NCBI GenBank assembly: GCA_002722735.1
Contig: PBMR01000005.1
Coordinates: forward strand, 1,570 to 65,569
DNA length: 64,000 nucleotides
Direction of reading: 5' to 3'
Source of the DNA: Methanobacteriota archaeon
GTDB taxonomy: Archaea > Thermoplasmatota > Poseidoniia > Poseidoniales > Thalassarchaeaceae
This document shows positions 17,911 to 27,482 of this stretch, in pieces. The notes below the pieces were generated by a model, which had not been told where the DNA came from, did no database searches, and worked only from the letters and a program-made list of their open reading frames with translations. Both the position numbers and the translations under genes were made by a program. Every line of letters starts with the position of its first letter. The stretch's first letter is position 1.

Positions 17911-19098
17911 ATGAACGTGATGCGACACCTCAGAGTTCCTAATCGGCTGGTCGAAGAGGCCCTAGGCCACCTGCGCAGCAACGACTGGGTCTCATCGGGA
18001 ATGCGAATCCTCCCTTCTGAGGATAACGAGTACAGGCTAATCCCTCTCGATGTCGGCGCACCCATCGAACTCCCCTCCCCCCTAGATGACTTCGAAGCCA
18101 TCGAGCTCGAGGGAGCGGCCGAGGAGAGAGTCGACTCCGACTGGTGGGCGCACCTAGCTCGGATGGTCGGAGAGGACGAAGTCGAGAAGCATCGAGAGGC
18201 ATGGCCCTCATCCCACGAGTTCATCGGTGACATGATGGTGGTACGTATCGATGACGAGGTTGCGGAGCACACCTCTGCCATAGCTGAGGCCAAGTTGCGT
18301 TCACACCCGCATATCCGCTTGGCCCTCCGCGACAACGGTGTGCAGGGCGAGTTTCGAATCAGGGAACTCAGCCCGATAGGAGCTCGTATGGGCGATGAGG
18401 TACTAGTGGGGGGGATACCCACCGAGCTATGCGAAACCCAGGTGCTGGTAAGGGAGTCCGGGCGCAGCATATTGTGCGATCCCACCCGTGCGTACTTCTC
18501 CACCAAACTCCAGACCGAGAGACTCGAGACGCTAGAACTCGCCAAGCAACTGCGCCAGATGCTCGGGCGCCCTTTGCGCATTTGCGACCCGTTCTGCGGT
18601 GTTGGGCCGGCCCTAGCCACCCTACTTGGTGAACCCGGCCTCTCCAGCGACGTCCTAGCAGCCGACCTCAACCCCCACGCCGTCGAGATGCTGCTCGACA
18701 ACCTTCGTCGCTGGGACAATCGCCCCTATCCCATCGAGCCGCTCCCGCTGTCCCGCCTTCACGAGGACAGGATGGTCGGTTACGCTGATGCCACAACTCT
18801 CAGCAAGGAAGCTGCAATCGAAGGCAAGTGGGACCTGCTGATAGTGAACCTCCCGCACCGCACAATAGAGATGATGCCTTCGCTCATTCCCCTGCTTGAC
18901 AGAGCCAGCCCATCCATGGTCCGAGGCCGTGCCATTGTCGCGGAAAGCGAGATCGAGAGTGCTAATCTGGCTATTCGAGAGTCTCTGCCTTCCCTACTGG
19001 AGGAAAGCCCAGAACCATCACTCAGGGTAAAGCGAGATTACAGTGCGACTCTGAGACTTTGCTCCTTTGAGGCATGGATTGCCCCCACAGTTTCGTAG
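17911..19098 (+). CDS. Trm5/Taw22-like class I SAM-dependent tRNA methyltransferase
   Basis: IGD, GEFRIR, YFS.KL..ER, DPFCGVGP, DLNP and NLP motifs; start 17911 or 17920. Confidence 0.8.
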   Translation: MNVMRHLRVPNRLVEEALGHLRSNDWVSSGMRILPSEDNEYRLIPLDVGAPIELPSPLDDFEAIELEGAAEERVDSDWWAHLARMVGEDEVEKHREAWPSSHEFIGDMMVVRIDDEVAEHTSAIAEAKLRSHPHIRLALRDNGVQGEFRIRELSPIGARMGDEVLVGGIPTELCETQVLVRESGRSILCDPTRAYFSTKLQTERLETLELAKQLRQMLGRPLRICDPFCGVGPALATLLGEPGLSSDVLAADLNPHAVEMLLDNLRRWDNRPYPIEPLPLSRLHEDRMVGYADATTLSKEAAIEGKWDLLIVNLPHRTIEMMPSLIPLLDRASPSMVRGRAIVAESEIESANLAIRESLPSLLEESPEPSLRVKRDYSATLRLCSFEAWIAPTVS

Positions 19099-19132
19099 GC
19101 AGGGTTAACGCCACCTGATACTGTGCCATCCC

Positions 19133-19396
19133 ATGGTACTCCAGATTCTGGAGTTATTCTGCTGTCTATTGGAAGTGTTCGCTGGGTTGGGATCAGTCAA
19201 TGCAGCAACGGGTGGTATGGCCCGGGGCACTGGAAATACCAAGCTTGAACCACGACCAAGCCACTCCATCGACGGAACACCGGTTGTCGGGGGTATTTGT
19301 GTAGAAGAAGGCTGCTCTAGACAGAATATGTACGGGAGCCACTTCTGCTACCGCCACAAGGAAGAATCGCCCACTGGGGAAGGCTGGTGGGAGTAA
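19133..19396 (+). CDS. Small hypothetical protein with a C-x4-C-x10-C-x2-H motif
   Basis: CVEEGCSRQNMYGSHFCYRH; hydrophobic N-terminus containing CC. Confidence 0.55.
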   Translation: MVLQILELFCCLLEVFAGLGSVNAATGGMARGTGNTKLEPRPSHSIDGTPVVGGICVEEGCSRQNMYGSHFCYRHKEESPTGEGWWE

Positions 19397-19400
19397 TTAA

Positions 19401-19476
19401 TGGCGCCCCGACCGGGATTTGAACCCGGGTCGCAGCCTCGACAGGGCTGCATGATAGGCCACTACACCATCGGGGC
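19401..19476 (-). tRNA. tRNA-Asp(GUC)
   Basis: GCCCCGA..TCGGGGC-G-CCA; anticodon arm CAGCC-CT-GTC-GA-GGCTG. Confidence 0.95.
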
Positions 19477-19555
19477 TGGCCCTCCACCGAGATTGCCTCT
19501 CTTTTTCAATCTTTGAGAGGGTATCATTCATCGCCCTTCGCTGCTCCGCTCTGTC

Positions 19556-20149
19556 ATGGACGATGGCAGCATCGTCATCGACGTCATAGACAATGGGGGG
19601 CAGTGGACCCACCGAGAGTGGAGGATGCTCAGGTACCTCGGGATCGAAACCCAGATTTTACCCAACTCAACGCCACTCGACAATCTCAGGAATCTCGACG
19701 GCCTAGTTCTCTCGGGAGGTGCCACTAGGGTTGGGATTACGGGGGAACTAGGTAACTGTGGGGAATACCTAGCCCTGGACGTCCCAATCTTGGGTATCTG
19801 CGCGGGTCACCAGTTCATGGCTCGCTTCTACGGTGGCGATGCTGGCGAGGCCCCTAGGCCCGAGTTTGGCCCCGCCTCCATCAGCCTAGTCGATGGAGGC
19901 GGCCCCCTGTTCGAAGGCACCCCTCCCGAGCAGACCGTATGGGAGAGCCATAACGACGAGGTTACCGTTATGCCACATGGGTTCAAGATCGTCGCCCATA
20001 GCGAATCCTGCGAGGTTCAGGGCATGGAGAACGAATCGCTGGACCGCTTCGGACTCCAATTCCACCCGGAGGTCAACGACACGGAGTATGGCACGAGGAT
20101 CTTCGAGAACTTCGTGGAGATTTGTAAACGTGCCCGCAAGACTGCTTGA
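19556..20149 (+). CDS. guaAA: GMP synthase subunit A (glutamine amidotransferase)
   Basis: IDNGGQWTHRE, LSGG, GICAGHQ, SHNDEV and QFHPEV motifs. Confidence 0.92.
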   Translation: MDDGSIVIDVIDNGGQWTHREWRMLRYLGIETQILPNSTPLDNLRNLDGLVLSGGATRVGITGELGNCGEYLALDVPILGICAGHQFMARFYGGDAGEAPRPEFGPASISLVDGGGPLFEGTPPEQTVWESHNDEVTVMPHGFKIVAHSESCEVQGMENESLDRFGLQFHPEVNDTEYGTRIFENFVEICKRARKTA

Positions 20150-20192
20150 CGGATAGGACAGGTTGAAGAAGGCTCGACAATTCGCCGGCCCG

Positions 20193-20462
20193 ATGGCAAC
20201 GAAGGTCGACCAGACTATTCTTCACAAGTGCAGGAACTGCAATCGCACCGACAGGAGGGCCCACAGCCCCTCTGGCGACGAACAGTGCAGCCATTGCAAC
20301 TCGCCCATGGACCCACTCGAGATTCGATACAAGTGTGTGAACTGCGGCCACCACACTTGGGCCGAGGCAGGCTCCACGGGCAGATCATGCCACAAGTGCG
20401 GCTACCGCATCTTCGTCAAGCCCCGCAAGGACGGGATGGCAAAAATCCTGAAGGCAGAGTGA
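20193..20462 (+). CDS. rpoP: RNA polymerase subunit P (Rpo12) with an extra N-terminal Zn ribbon
   Basis: C-terminal YKCVNCG..CHKCGYRIFVKPR..ILKAE; two further CxxC pairs upstream. Confidence 0.75.
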   Translation: MATKVDQTILHKCRNCNRTDRRAHSPSGDEQCSHCNSPMDPLEIRYKCVNCGHHTWAEAGSTGRSCHKCGYRIFVKPRKDGMAKILKAE

Positions 20463-20502
20463 CCATCGCGGAGTTCAAGTCCCGCCACTTCGCCCTACCC
20501 TC

Positions 20503-21639
20503 GTGGCGAGTTGGCTTGAAACGGAAAGGCCCAGGACCTTTGCGCAACTCGCGATTCCCGAAGGACCCCAGCAGGCACTTAGGGCAGCCAGCCTATCCCC
20601 AGATCCACCTCATTTGCTAATCACCGGACCGGCTGGGGTAGGCAAGACTGCCTCGTGGCGCTTGGTAGCCAGACAGATACTAGGTCCTAGTTGGAGGTCA
20701 ACCACCCATGTTCTACAGGCGAGGAACCTCCTCAGGCAGAGGGGCGCTATGTCCACCTTCGAGGAGTTCCTGAGACCTGAAGGCTCTGACGCAGATACCC
20801 TTGCAGGCCGCCTTAGTCTGGACGCCTTTGACAGGGGTATGGCGAAAACCTCCGATGATGACACCGCACCATCGGGCTCGGAACTAAGCCTGCAACATGG
20901 GCAGATTCCCATCAGCCGACTCATTGTCATCGAGGACGCCGATTACCTAGGCCACATCCGTCAGGCCTATCTGCGACGGATGATGGAGACCATCGGCTCT
21001 GCCTCACGATTCATACTGGTCGCTAGGGCGCCTTCCAGAATCATTGAGGCGCTTAGATCGAGGAGCCAAATGATTAGAATCCCCTGCACAGATAGGGGGG
21101 TTGTCATAGCAACCCTCTCTTCAATCGCCTCAAAGCATGGTTGCGAGCCTGCGGAGGGGGTGTTGGAGGACATCGCCTACATCTCTGAGGGCAACCTCAA
21201 GAAAGCCGTCTTCACGCTCGAACTACTCGAGTTGCGAGGACTGACCTCCAACCGCTCGTCCGTCCACGGGCTCGTCCAGGCTTCGACCCTGCAGGCAGGC
21301 AGGCATCTGCTTGAACTTGCACTGAGGGGCAGGGTGGTCGAATGGCGATGGGAGAACCAAGGAGGCAGAAAGAGGAAGCTGCTTTCTGGGGCAATGGCCG
21401 AGATTGATGACCTCATGACGAACCACGGAATGGATGCCAGTGATATCGTCTCCCAGATTCACGGTGTCATTGTGGGACGACGTCTGACCCTCCCTCCTCC
21501 CTTGCAAGCCGAGTTACTCGACGCTCTCGCAGACTGCGATACCGGCCTTCAACGCTCGACGTACCCCCGTATACACTTCGAGCAATTCCTCCACCGTACC
21601 GCTACAGCAGGCCGCTTCCACGGCCTCGCTGTAAGATGA
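20503..21639 (+). CDS. Divergent replication factor C small subunit-like AAA+ protein
   Basis: W.E..RP, HLLITGPAGVGKT, IEDAD, LRRMME, LRSRS and GNLKKA motifs. Confidence 0.8.
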   Translation: MASWLETERPRTFAQLAIPEGPQQALRAASLSPDPPHLLITGPAGVGKTASWRLVARQILGPSWRSTTHVLQARNLLRQRGAMSTFEEFLRPEGSDADTLAGRLSLDAFDRGMAKTSDDDTAPSGSELSLQHGQIPISRLIVIEDADYLGHIRQAYLRRMMETIGSASRFILVARAPSRIIEALRSRSQMIRIPCTDRGVVIATLSSIASKHGCEPAEGVLEDIAYISEGNLKKAVFTLELLELRGLTSNRSSVHGLVQASTLQAGRHLLELALRGRVVEWRWENQGGRKRKLLSGAMAEIDDLMTNHGMDASDIVSQIHGVIVGRRLTLPPPLQAELLDALADCDTGLQRSTYPRIHFEQFLHRTATAGRFHGLAVR

Positions 21640-21717
21640 TGGCGGGCGCGGCAGGATTCGAACCCGCGGTCCCCGGCTTAGGAGGCCGGTGCATTATCCA
21701 GGCTATGCTACACGCCC
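21640..21717 (-). tRNA. tRNA-Arg(CCU)
   Basis: GGGCGTG..CGCGCCC-G-CCA; anticodon arm CCGGC-CT-CCT-AA-GCCGG; GGTTCGAATCC. Confidence 0.95.
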
Positions 21718-21792
21718 GTACTCGCGAGCACTCACCCCTCAAGAAATGTGATGCTGCACAATCGGTGCCTCTCGCTTCGTTCGTCCGATGCC

Positions 21793-23289
21793 ATGAAGCA
21801 GAAGGACCCACCCCAATTATTCATGGATAAGGGGGATACCGATCTACCCAACCCCTATGGGAAGGAGAGCACTTTTGGTCGGGTGAGTGAATCCGCGCTT
21901 TCTCGCAGGGTGAGAACCCGAGATTCACAAAGGAGGTTCTGGACTCGAGCATCGATCCTAAACGGAATGCCGAATTTACGACTTCTTCTAGCCACTGCCG
22001 CTGCTCCATACGCAATCCTATTGTTGGCTGGTTGGAAATACGCATTCGACGAAGCAGGCGTCGCTGTGCTCGTGATGCTCTCCGTGCTCTGCGTACCGAC
22101 CCTGCTGGCATCGACGTTCGCTCAGATGTCGGCTAGGGACCGACTCCAACTCAAGGCAGGCGGCAAACGCTCGATGGAGGCATATCCCGGGGTTGAAAGA
22201 ATCCTGAATACCCTGCATGAGCGAGTACTGCGCGAGCGAACGCGGCTACTCTGCACGCTGGTCGCCGCCTTCGCAATCAATTCCGTCGGCAATTTCGATA
22301 CTGGGACAACCCTCGCCTCGCTCCTCTATGGCCTTGCGGTCTTCCTCTGTGCAATCGCCTTGCTAAACACGTTGAAACTAGAACAGAGCATTCCGATGAG
22401 GAACGATGACTTCCCGCTTCTGTCACTACATGCACCCACTCTCCATCAGAGTACGCTTGACCGGGTACTCTCCGATTTACTGGTCGCCCACCTCGACCCC
22501 GAGACGGCAGGCGCTTGGGACGACTGGGTGCGTCGATTGGAAGACAAGGTCAGGTCTAACCAGACACCAGATTCGGCAGTCGAGCACTTGCTGAGGGTTC
22601 TGCACCTCAATTATCTGGGGTTGCTCGATGACGATAGACTGCTCTCGGAGGCCAAGCGAGTATTCCGGGTTGCTGCAATAGACGGTCTGACCAGTGACGA
22701 CTCGAAGTTCAGCATCGAGTCCCTACGCATCCTGATGGAGCACACTAGGCATTGGCAACCTGGCCTGTTTCGCCTGATTGACAGGCTCCAGGACTCAGCA
22801 ATGAGGGGGCACGCATCACTAATCGAAAATAGATGGCGAATGGATTTGGACCTCCCTCCACGGTGCACTCAAGGTCAGGGAGACCTATTCGTAATGGTCC
22901 ACAACCACTCTCGTGAGTCCTCTCAGGTGGAAATCGAGATTATCGCGGCTGATGGCGAGCCTCACTTGCAGACGCTCCGAGTCAATCCCCCTCTGTCTAG
23001 GCAGCCCAAGAGACCGGCAATACTTGGGGAGGAGGGAAACGACTTGGTCGACGTGCTGGGCAGGTTAATCGACAATTGCATCGTGTTGTGGATAGGCCTC
23101 GCTTGGCCCGTGTCGACAACCGGATCACGCCCCGTCCAAGTCAATCTGCGAGGCCCCAAAGGCGAGACCCTTTCTTCAATCGTGGTCACGACGTCACTCT
23201 CCTCCGGCTTCAACCCGGAAGGAGCAGCCGAGAAGATGCTTGAAGCCGCGGTGGCCGTCAGAAGGCTTGCAATATCGGTCGCTGAGTGA
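21793..23289 (+). CDS. Hypothetical membrane protein (4 TM plus soluble C-terminal domains)
   Basis: Long ORF with four hydrophobic segments in the N-terminal half; start uncertain. Confidence 0.7.
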   Translation: MKQKDPPQLFMDKGDTDLPNPYGKESTFGRVSESALSRRVRTRDSQRRFWTRASILNGMPNLRLLLATAAAPYAILLLAGWKYAFDEAGVAVLVMLSVLCVPTLLASTFAQMSARDRLQLKAGGKRSMEAYPGVERILNTLHERVLRERTRLLCTLVAAFAINSVGNFDTGTTLASLLYGLAVFLCAIALLNTLKLEQSIPMRNDDFPLLSLHAPTLHQSTLDRVLSDLLVAHLDPETAGAWDDWVRRLEDKVRSNQTPDSAVEHLLRVLHLNYLGLLDDDRLLSEAKRVFRVAAIDGLTSDDSKFSIESLRILMEHTRHWQPGLFRLIDRLQDSAMRGHASLIENRWRMDLDLPPRCTQGQGDLFVMVHNHSRESSQVEIEIIAADGEPHLQTLRVNPPLSRQPKRPAILGEEGNDLVDVLGRLIDNCIVLWIGLAWPVSTTGSRPVQVNLRGPKGETLSSIVVTTSLSSGFNPEGAAEKMLEAAVAVRRLAISVAE

Positions 23290-23356
23290 ATTCCGCAGAG
23301 ACCGGGCCCGAGCGTCACGTTCATGAGATTACGTCCGTTGGGCCGGTTCGATTGTA

Positions 23357-24799
23357 TTGGAGTCGTGGGATGTTATCGTTCTGGGTGCCGGTCCGGCCGC
23401 TCTGCGCGCAGCCATAGCGTGCGCCGACTCGGGTACGGTCCCACTGATGATAGACGAATCCGGCATCGGCTCGGCATCGGGTGCATCCCCATTAGCAGGC
23501 TTGGCTGCATCAATCGACGAGTTGGACTCCTCAGCGCACTTCGACGACACAATCGCAGCTGGAGGTGAGACGACAGATAGTGAGGCGGCCGCTAGGACTT
23601 GTGGAGAGGGTGTTTCCACACTCGCAGAGCTTGAGCGCTGGGGACTCGTCTTGCGGAGGAGGCAAGGAGGACTCCCCCATGCATCCACAGCCCCCGGACA
23701 CAGTGTCGCGAGACTAACAGGCTGCGGGGACTCCACAGTTCGTGAGGTTACTAGGGTCCTAGAGGAGCAGGCCATCAAGCGAGGTGTGCACAGGCGTTCT
23801 GATACACTCCCCCTGCAACTGGTATCCGACAACCAGCAAGTTCGAGGGGTCATCACGCTAGACATCCTGACAGGGGAGGTCAAACCAATCCAGGCCAAAG
23901 CGGTCATCCTCGCCACAGAGGGACACCAAGGCCTCTGGTCTTCATCCACAAATGGCCACGGCACGGGATCAGCACTCGCTCTCGCCGCCGGGATCCAACT
24001 GAGGGGGTTGGGTAGCATACCCAGACACCCTCTCACCATTAGGGACTGCGAAGTCCACATCCCCCTTGAGGTACTGGGATCTGGTGGCCGGATTCGCAGG
24101 GAGGATGGGGAGGATGTGGGACCGGAAGAGGTCTTGGCGGGGGAATCCTGCGTCCTCGACTTGCGAGGAATGGATCCAGGCTCCAAACTGTGGTTTTCCC
24201 AGACCGCTTCTAGGGTCAAGGATCGTATAGGAATCGACCTATCTCGAGACGTCATCCCAATCTCCGCAGGCGTCGCTGCTACGACAGGAGGAGCCCCATC
24301 GGACGAATTCGGACGGGTCACTTTCGAGGGTTTCACTCCCGAGGGTTTGCCCGGCAAGATGTGGTTCACGGGCCTATACGCTGCTGGCAGAAGCTCACAT
24401 AACGGCATGCACGGTGAAGGGATGCTATCCGGCAATCTGCTGCTTGATGACTTGGTCTCAGGCAAGGCAACTGGCACCCACGCCGCGGGCTGGTCCCGGG
24501 AAATCCAGTTCGGCGGGTCATCCCAAATCGGTGAATCCGGGGAATTGGCCTCAAAGCGCATCGAATCCCTCCAATCACCCAATGGCATGCCCGTCGGACA
24601 GTCCTCCTCTAGCCTAGCCTCAGTTATGTGCTCGGTGAACGGTGCGAATGACGCCGCCGCCCGGGATAGCATCAGAGAAATCCGGGCGGCGGGCATCAGG
24701 GTAACGGACAATTCACCTGTGATGAATACAGAGTTGGTTTCAGCCCTGCAATTGGAAGGAATGATTTCGATAGCAGAGGCAATAGTCGATACGGGGTGA
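23357..24799 (+). CDS. SdhA/NadB-like FAD-binding protein, divergent
   Basis: DVIVLGAGPAA, AKAVILAT.G and GLYAAG motifs; several catalytic residues substituted. Confidence 0.8.
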   Translation: MESWDVIVLGAGPAALRAAIACADSGTVPLMIDESGIGSASGASPLAGLAASIDELDSSAHFDDTIAAGGETTDSEAAARTCGEGVSTLAELERWGLVLRRRQGGLPHASTAPGHSVARLTGCGDSTVREVTRVLEEQAIKRGVHRRSDTLPLQLVSDNQQVRGVITLDILTGEVKPIQAKAVILATEGHQGLWSSSTNGHGTGSALALAAGIQLRGLGSIPRHPLTIRDCEVHIPLEVLGSGGRIRREDGEDVGPEEVLAGESCVLDLRGMDPGSKLWFSQTASRVKDRIGIDLSRDVIPISAGVAATTGGAPSDEFGRVTFEGFTPEGLPGKMWFTGLYAAGRSSHNGMHGEGMLSGNLLLDDLVSGKATGTHAAGWSREIQFGGSSQIGESGELASKRIESLQSPNGMPVGQSSSSLASVMCSVNGANDAAARDSIREIRAAGIRVTDNSPVMNTELVSALQLEGMISIAEAIVDTG

Positions 24800-24803
24800 T
24801 TGG

Positions 24804-25229
24804 GTGGGAGGGGTTGAACCAAGCATCTTCAGCCTAATCATCAACGGCGAGATGCCCTGTCACAAGGTGTACGAGGACGAGCACGTATTCTCCTTCCTCG
24901 ATGTCAACCCATTCAGCCCCGGACACACTCTTGTTGTCCCCAAGGAGGCAGCGAAGACTCTGGACGCTCTCTCTGAAGAGTCGGCGCAGGCCATAGGACG
25001 GGTCCTCCCCCGCGTCTCCCGCGCTGTCCTCGAAGTCAGCGGCGCCTCGGAGTTCAACATCCTGCAGAACAATGGTCCAAATGCCTTCCAGAGTGTATTC
25101 CACGTACACTTCCACATAATACCCAAGTTCCAAGATGGTCGCGGTCTGGCCTGGCCCTTCAAATCCAACCCCATAGACCACGAGGACGGGGCTAGGATGG
25201 CAGCGGCAATGCGGGACCTTCTGAGCTGA
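24804..25229 (+). CDS. HIT-family (histidine triad) hydrolase
   Basis: FLDVNP..PGHTLVVPK and QSVFHVHFHIIP motifs. Confidence 0.93.
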   Translation: MGGVEPSIFSLIINGEMPCHKVYEDEHVFSFLDVNPFSPGHTLVVPKEAAKTLDALSEESAQAIGRVLPRVSRAVLEVSGASEFNILQNNGPNAFQSVFHVHFHIIPKFQDGRGLAWPFKSNPIDHEDGARMAAAMRDLLS

Positions 25230-25272
25230 AAACACTCTGAATTCTCAAGACCCCTGACCCCTTGGGCCCTTC

Positions 25273-26751
25273 GTGTCGAGAATCCAACAGGCACCAGACG
25301 TCGACCCCGTGCTCTCTAGCGGGGCGATGAAACTCAGGAAGATGAAACTCGACAATTTGCCTTGGGACCATTCAGGAAGGCATCCTGGAAGCCCCTTGTT
25401 CTGGCAAGTCATCCTGATTATGATCGGAACTGTGTGGGCCTACATCTTTCGGAGAAAGCAGGCAGATCACCTGCCCCCTCTCGAGGGAGGTAGGGTATTC
25501 ACTCCTATCCACATCAACGGACTGGTCGACCCCCTCGTTATTTTTCACAACCAGGATCGTCGGATTATCACCATGGGGCGTCACGACCTAATGACCATGC
25601 CACTAATCGGATGGATTACCCGCAGGATGGGCTCCCAACCAGTGATTCGTAGACCTGAGATTGAGGGAGGGGTCTCAGATGAGGCATATGCCCGGTCTAT
25701 CAACCATCGAACCCTGCTAACAATGACCAATTGCATCGCTGCCGGACACAACGCAGTGGTGATGCCCGAGGGCAAGTCACATCAGGACTCAAGGCTGCAC
25801 AGATTCAAGACGGGAACAATGCGATTCGCCCTCAATGCTGCTGCAATCGCCGCGCAGAAAGGCCTGCCACTCCCTGCCTTTCAGCCCGTTGGTCTGCACT
25901 ATCGATGCCATTATTGGTTTAGAACCGACTTTTTCCTTGAGTTCCCCGAGCCGATTTCCATAGAACCGCCCCCCTCCCCAGAACTGGGACAGCACCTGAT
26001 TGGGGGCGAATGGGTCGAGCCACCCTCCGATGAGGTGAACCGATTGAGAGACGAACTATTCGACGAACTCTCCACAGTAACTCCCGATGCCCCGGACTGG
26101 GAGACCTATCGAGCATGGCATCTCATCGGGCACATTCGCGCCAATGACGACGACTCTAGACTCACGACGTTCCGCGACGAGGTTCTTGCCGCGCGCGAGG
26201 TGCGTGATGCACTCGTATCGAACGAACGGTCCGAGGAAATCGTCGAACCAGCAAGGATTGCAGCTGAAATCCTGCATGCGAATGATTTGGATGGACGGTC
26301 GCTTGATAACGGTGGTCTGCGAACCCGAATCTCCTGGACAAGTTGCATCACCGGGCTTCTCGTGATGCTAATCACGGCCCCTGTCGTCCTCCCATCCACT
26401 GGAGTCCAGGCCTTCTTCGCTTGGTATCTGGGGAATCGCACCGATGAGGGGGTTGACGCGAGGACGACCTACCACATGATTGCAGCCATGTTCTCTCCTG
26501 TACTTCTGTGGCCCCCCATCGCACTCACCTTCGCATTTCTGACATTGGGCCCGACTTGGCTAATGCTACCTGTCACCCTTGCAATCATGCTAGTGTTTCA
26601 CATTTCCAACCTAATCTTCCTTTGTGGCTATGATATGTGGAGTGATTATTCCGCTTCTAAGAGGAGCGCTAAACTATCCTCCTCCGCCGACGGTGAGCGC
26701 ATCATCGAGTTGCTGGCGAGGACACGTTCCAAACTCAACGTGCTCAAATAG
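25273..26751 (+). CDS. PlsC-superfamily glycerophospholipid acyltransferase with C-terminal TM helices
   Basis: HINGLVDP, MPEGKSH, FKTG..R and PVGLHY motifs. Confidence 0.82.
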   Translation: MSRIQQAPDVDPVLSSGAMKLRKMKLDNLPWDHSGRHPGSPLFWQVILIMIGTVWAYIFRRKQADHLPPLEGGRVFTPIHINGLVDPLVIFHNQDRRIITMGRHDLMTMPLIGWITRRMGSQPVIRRPEIEGGVSDEAYARSINHRTLLTMTNCIAAGHNAVVMPEGKSHQDSRLHRFKTGTMRFALNAAAIAAQKGLPLPAFQPVGLHYRCHYWFRTDFFLEFPEPISIEPPPSPELGQHLIGGEWVEPPSDEVNRLRDELFDELSTVTPDAPDWETYRAWHLIGHIRANDDDSRLTTFRDEVLAAREVRDALVSNERSEEIVEPARIAAEILHANDLDGRSLDNGGLRTRISWTSCITGLLVMLITAPVVLPSTGVQAFFAWYLGNRTDEGVDARTTYHMIAAMFSPVLLWPPIALTFAFLTLGPTWLMLPVTLAIMLVFHISNLIFLCGYDMWSDYSASKRSAKLSSSADGERIIELLARTRSKLNVLK

Positions 26752-26771
26752 GACGGTCTTCTGCACAGACC

Positions 26772-27398
26772 GTGGAACCGCGGGAAGCCAGCAAGGACAT
26801 CAAGGCGTGGTTAGACAGTGAGCGACTGGATGCACGCGAGGTCAAGGACCCACAGGCAATCCTTCACCTCCACGTCAGGTATCCACCAACCAAGCAAGGT
26901 CACCTGTTCAACGTGGTAATTCCGAAAAAGAGGAATTTGGCACTCGTCTACTCCATCACCCGAGTCGACGAGGGGCAACAGAAGTCTATGAGGGAACTTG
27001 CCTCTGAGGACTCCGACGGATGGGAGGAGTGGCTGCATGACACCCGAATTCATCTGACTTCATCTGACCTTGATTGGGTACTCCACCTTGGCCATAGCAC
27101 TAACGGGGTTGCAGGCCCCCTTCAGGCCTTCAACCTCTCAAGGCCAATATGGTTCGACGGCCTGACCCAAAACGAATTTATGCACACGATGAGAAAAGTC
27201 TGGCTGACTAAACTCTCCCTCATACACCAGATCAAATATGGTTTTGGTAAGGGGTCCGGCAAGCCCGGACCCGTCGACGACTGGGCAGCAAAAAGCTCCA
27301 CGAAAAGAAAGTCCCAATCCCAATCTAGGTCTTCTGAGATCGACACCGACGAGACCGGCGGTTTTGGCAAGGACTTCGATCCCCTCGAGTGGGCCTAG
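26772..27398 (+). CDS. Archaeal hypothetical protein (DUF2299-like)
   Basis: IK.WL..E start and IWFDGLTQNEFM motif, resembling DUF2299. Confidence 0.6.
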   Translation: MEPREASKDIKAWLDSERLDAREVKDPQAILHLHVRYPPTKQGHLFNVVIPKKRNLALVYSITRVDEGQQKSMRELASEDSDGWEEWLHDTRIHLTSSDLDWVLHLGHSTNGVAGPLQAFNLSRPIWFDGLTQNEFMHTMRKVWLTKLSLIHQIKYGFGKGSGKPGPVDDWAAKSSTKRKSQSQSRSSEIDTDETGGFGKDFDPLEWA

Positions 27399-27482
27399 AA
27401 GAACCGAGTAGGGAAACAGGATTTCTCCACTAGTGACCGCAAAGGGGTTAGGTTAAGTATTCGGTGAAACCGACTTTGGCCA

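Noticed and set aside
17883-18719. Apparent long N-terminal fusion on dph5
   Set aside because: Ser/Arg-rich antisense shadow of the Trm5-like gene
23329-24822. 497-aa antisense ORF and similar long shadows (1234..2496, 8371..9150, 60822..61607, 61809..62657)
   Set aside because: They lie opposite well-supported genes, have no motifs, and are expected in GC-rich DNA
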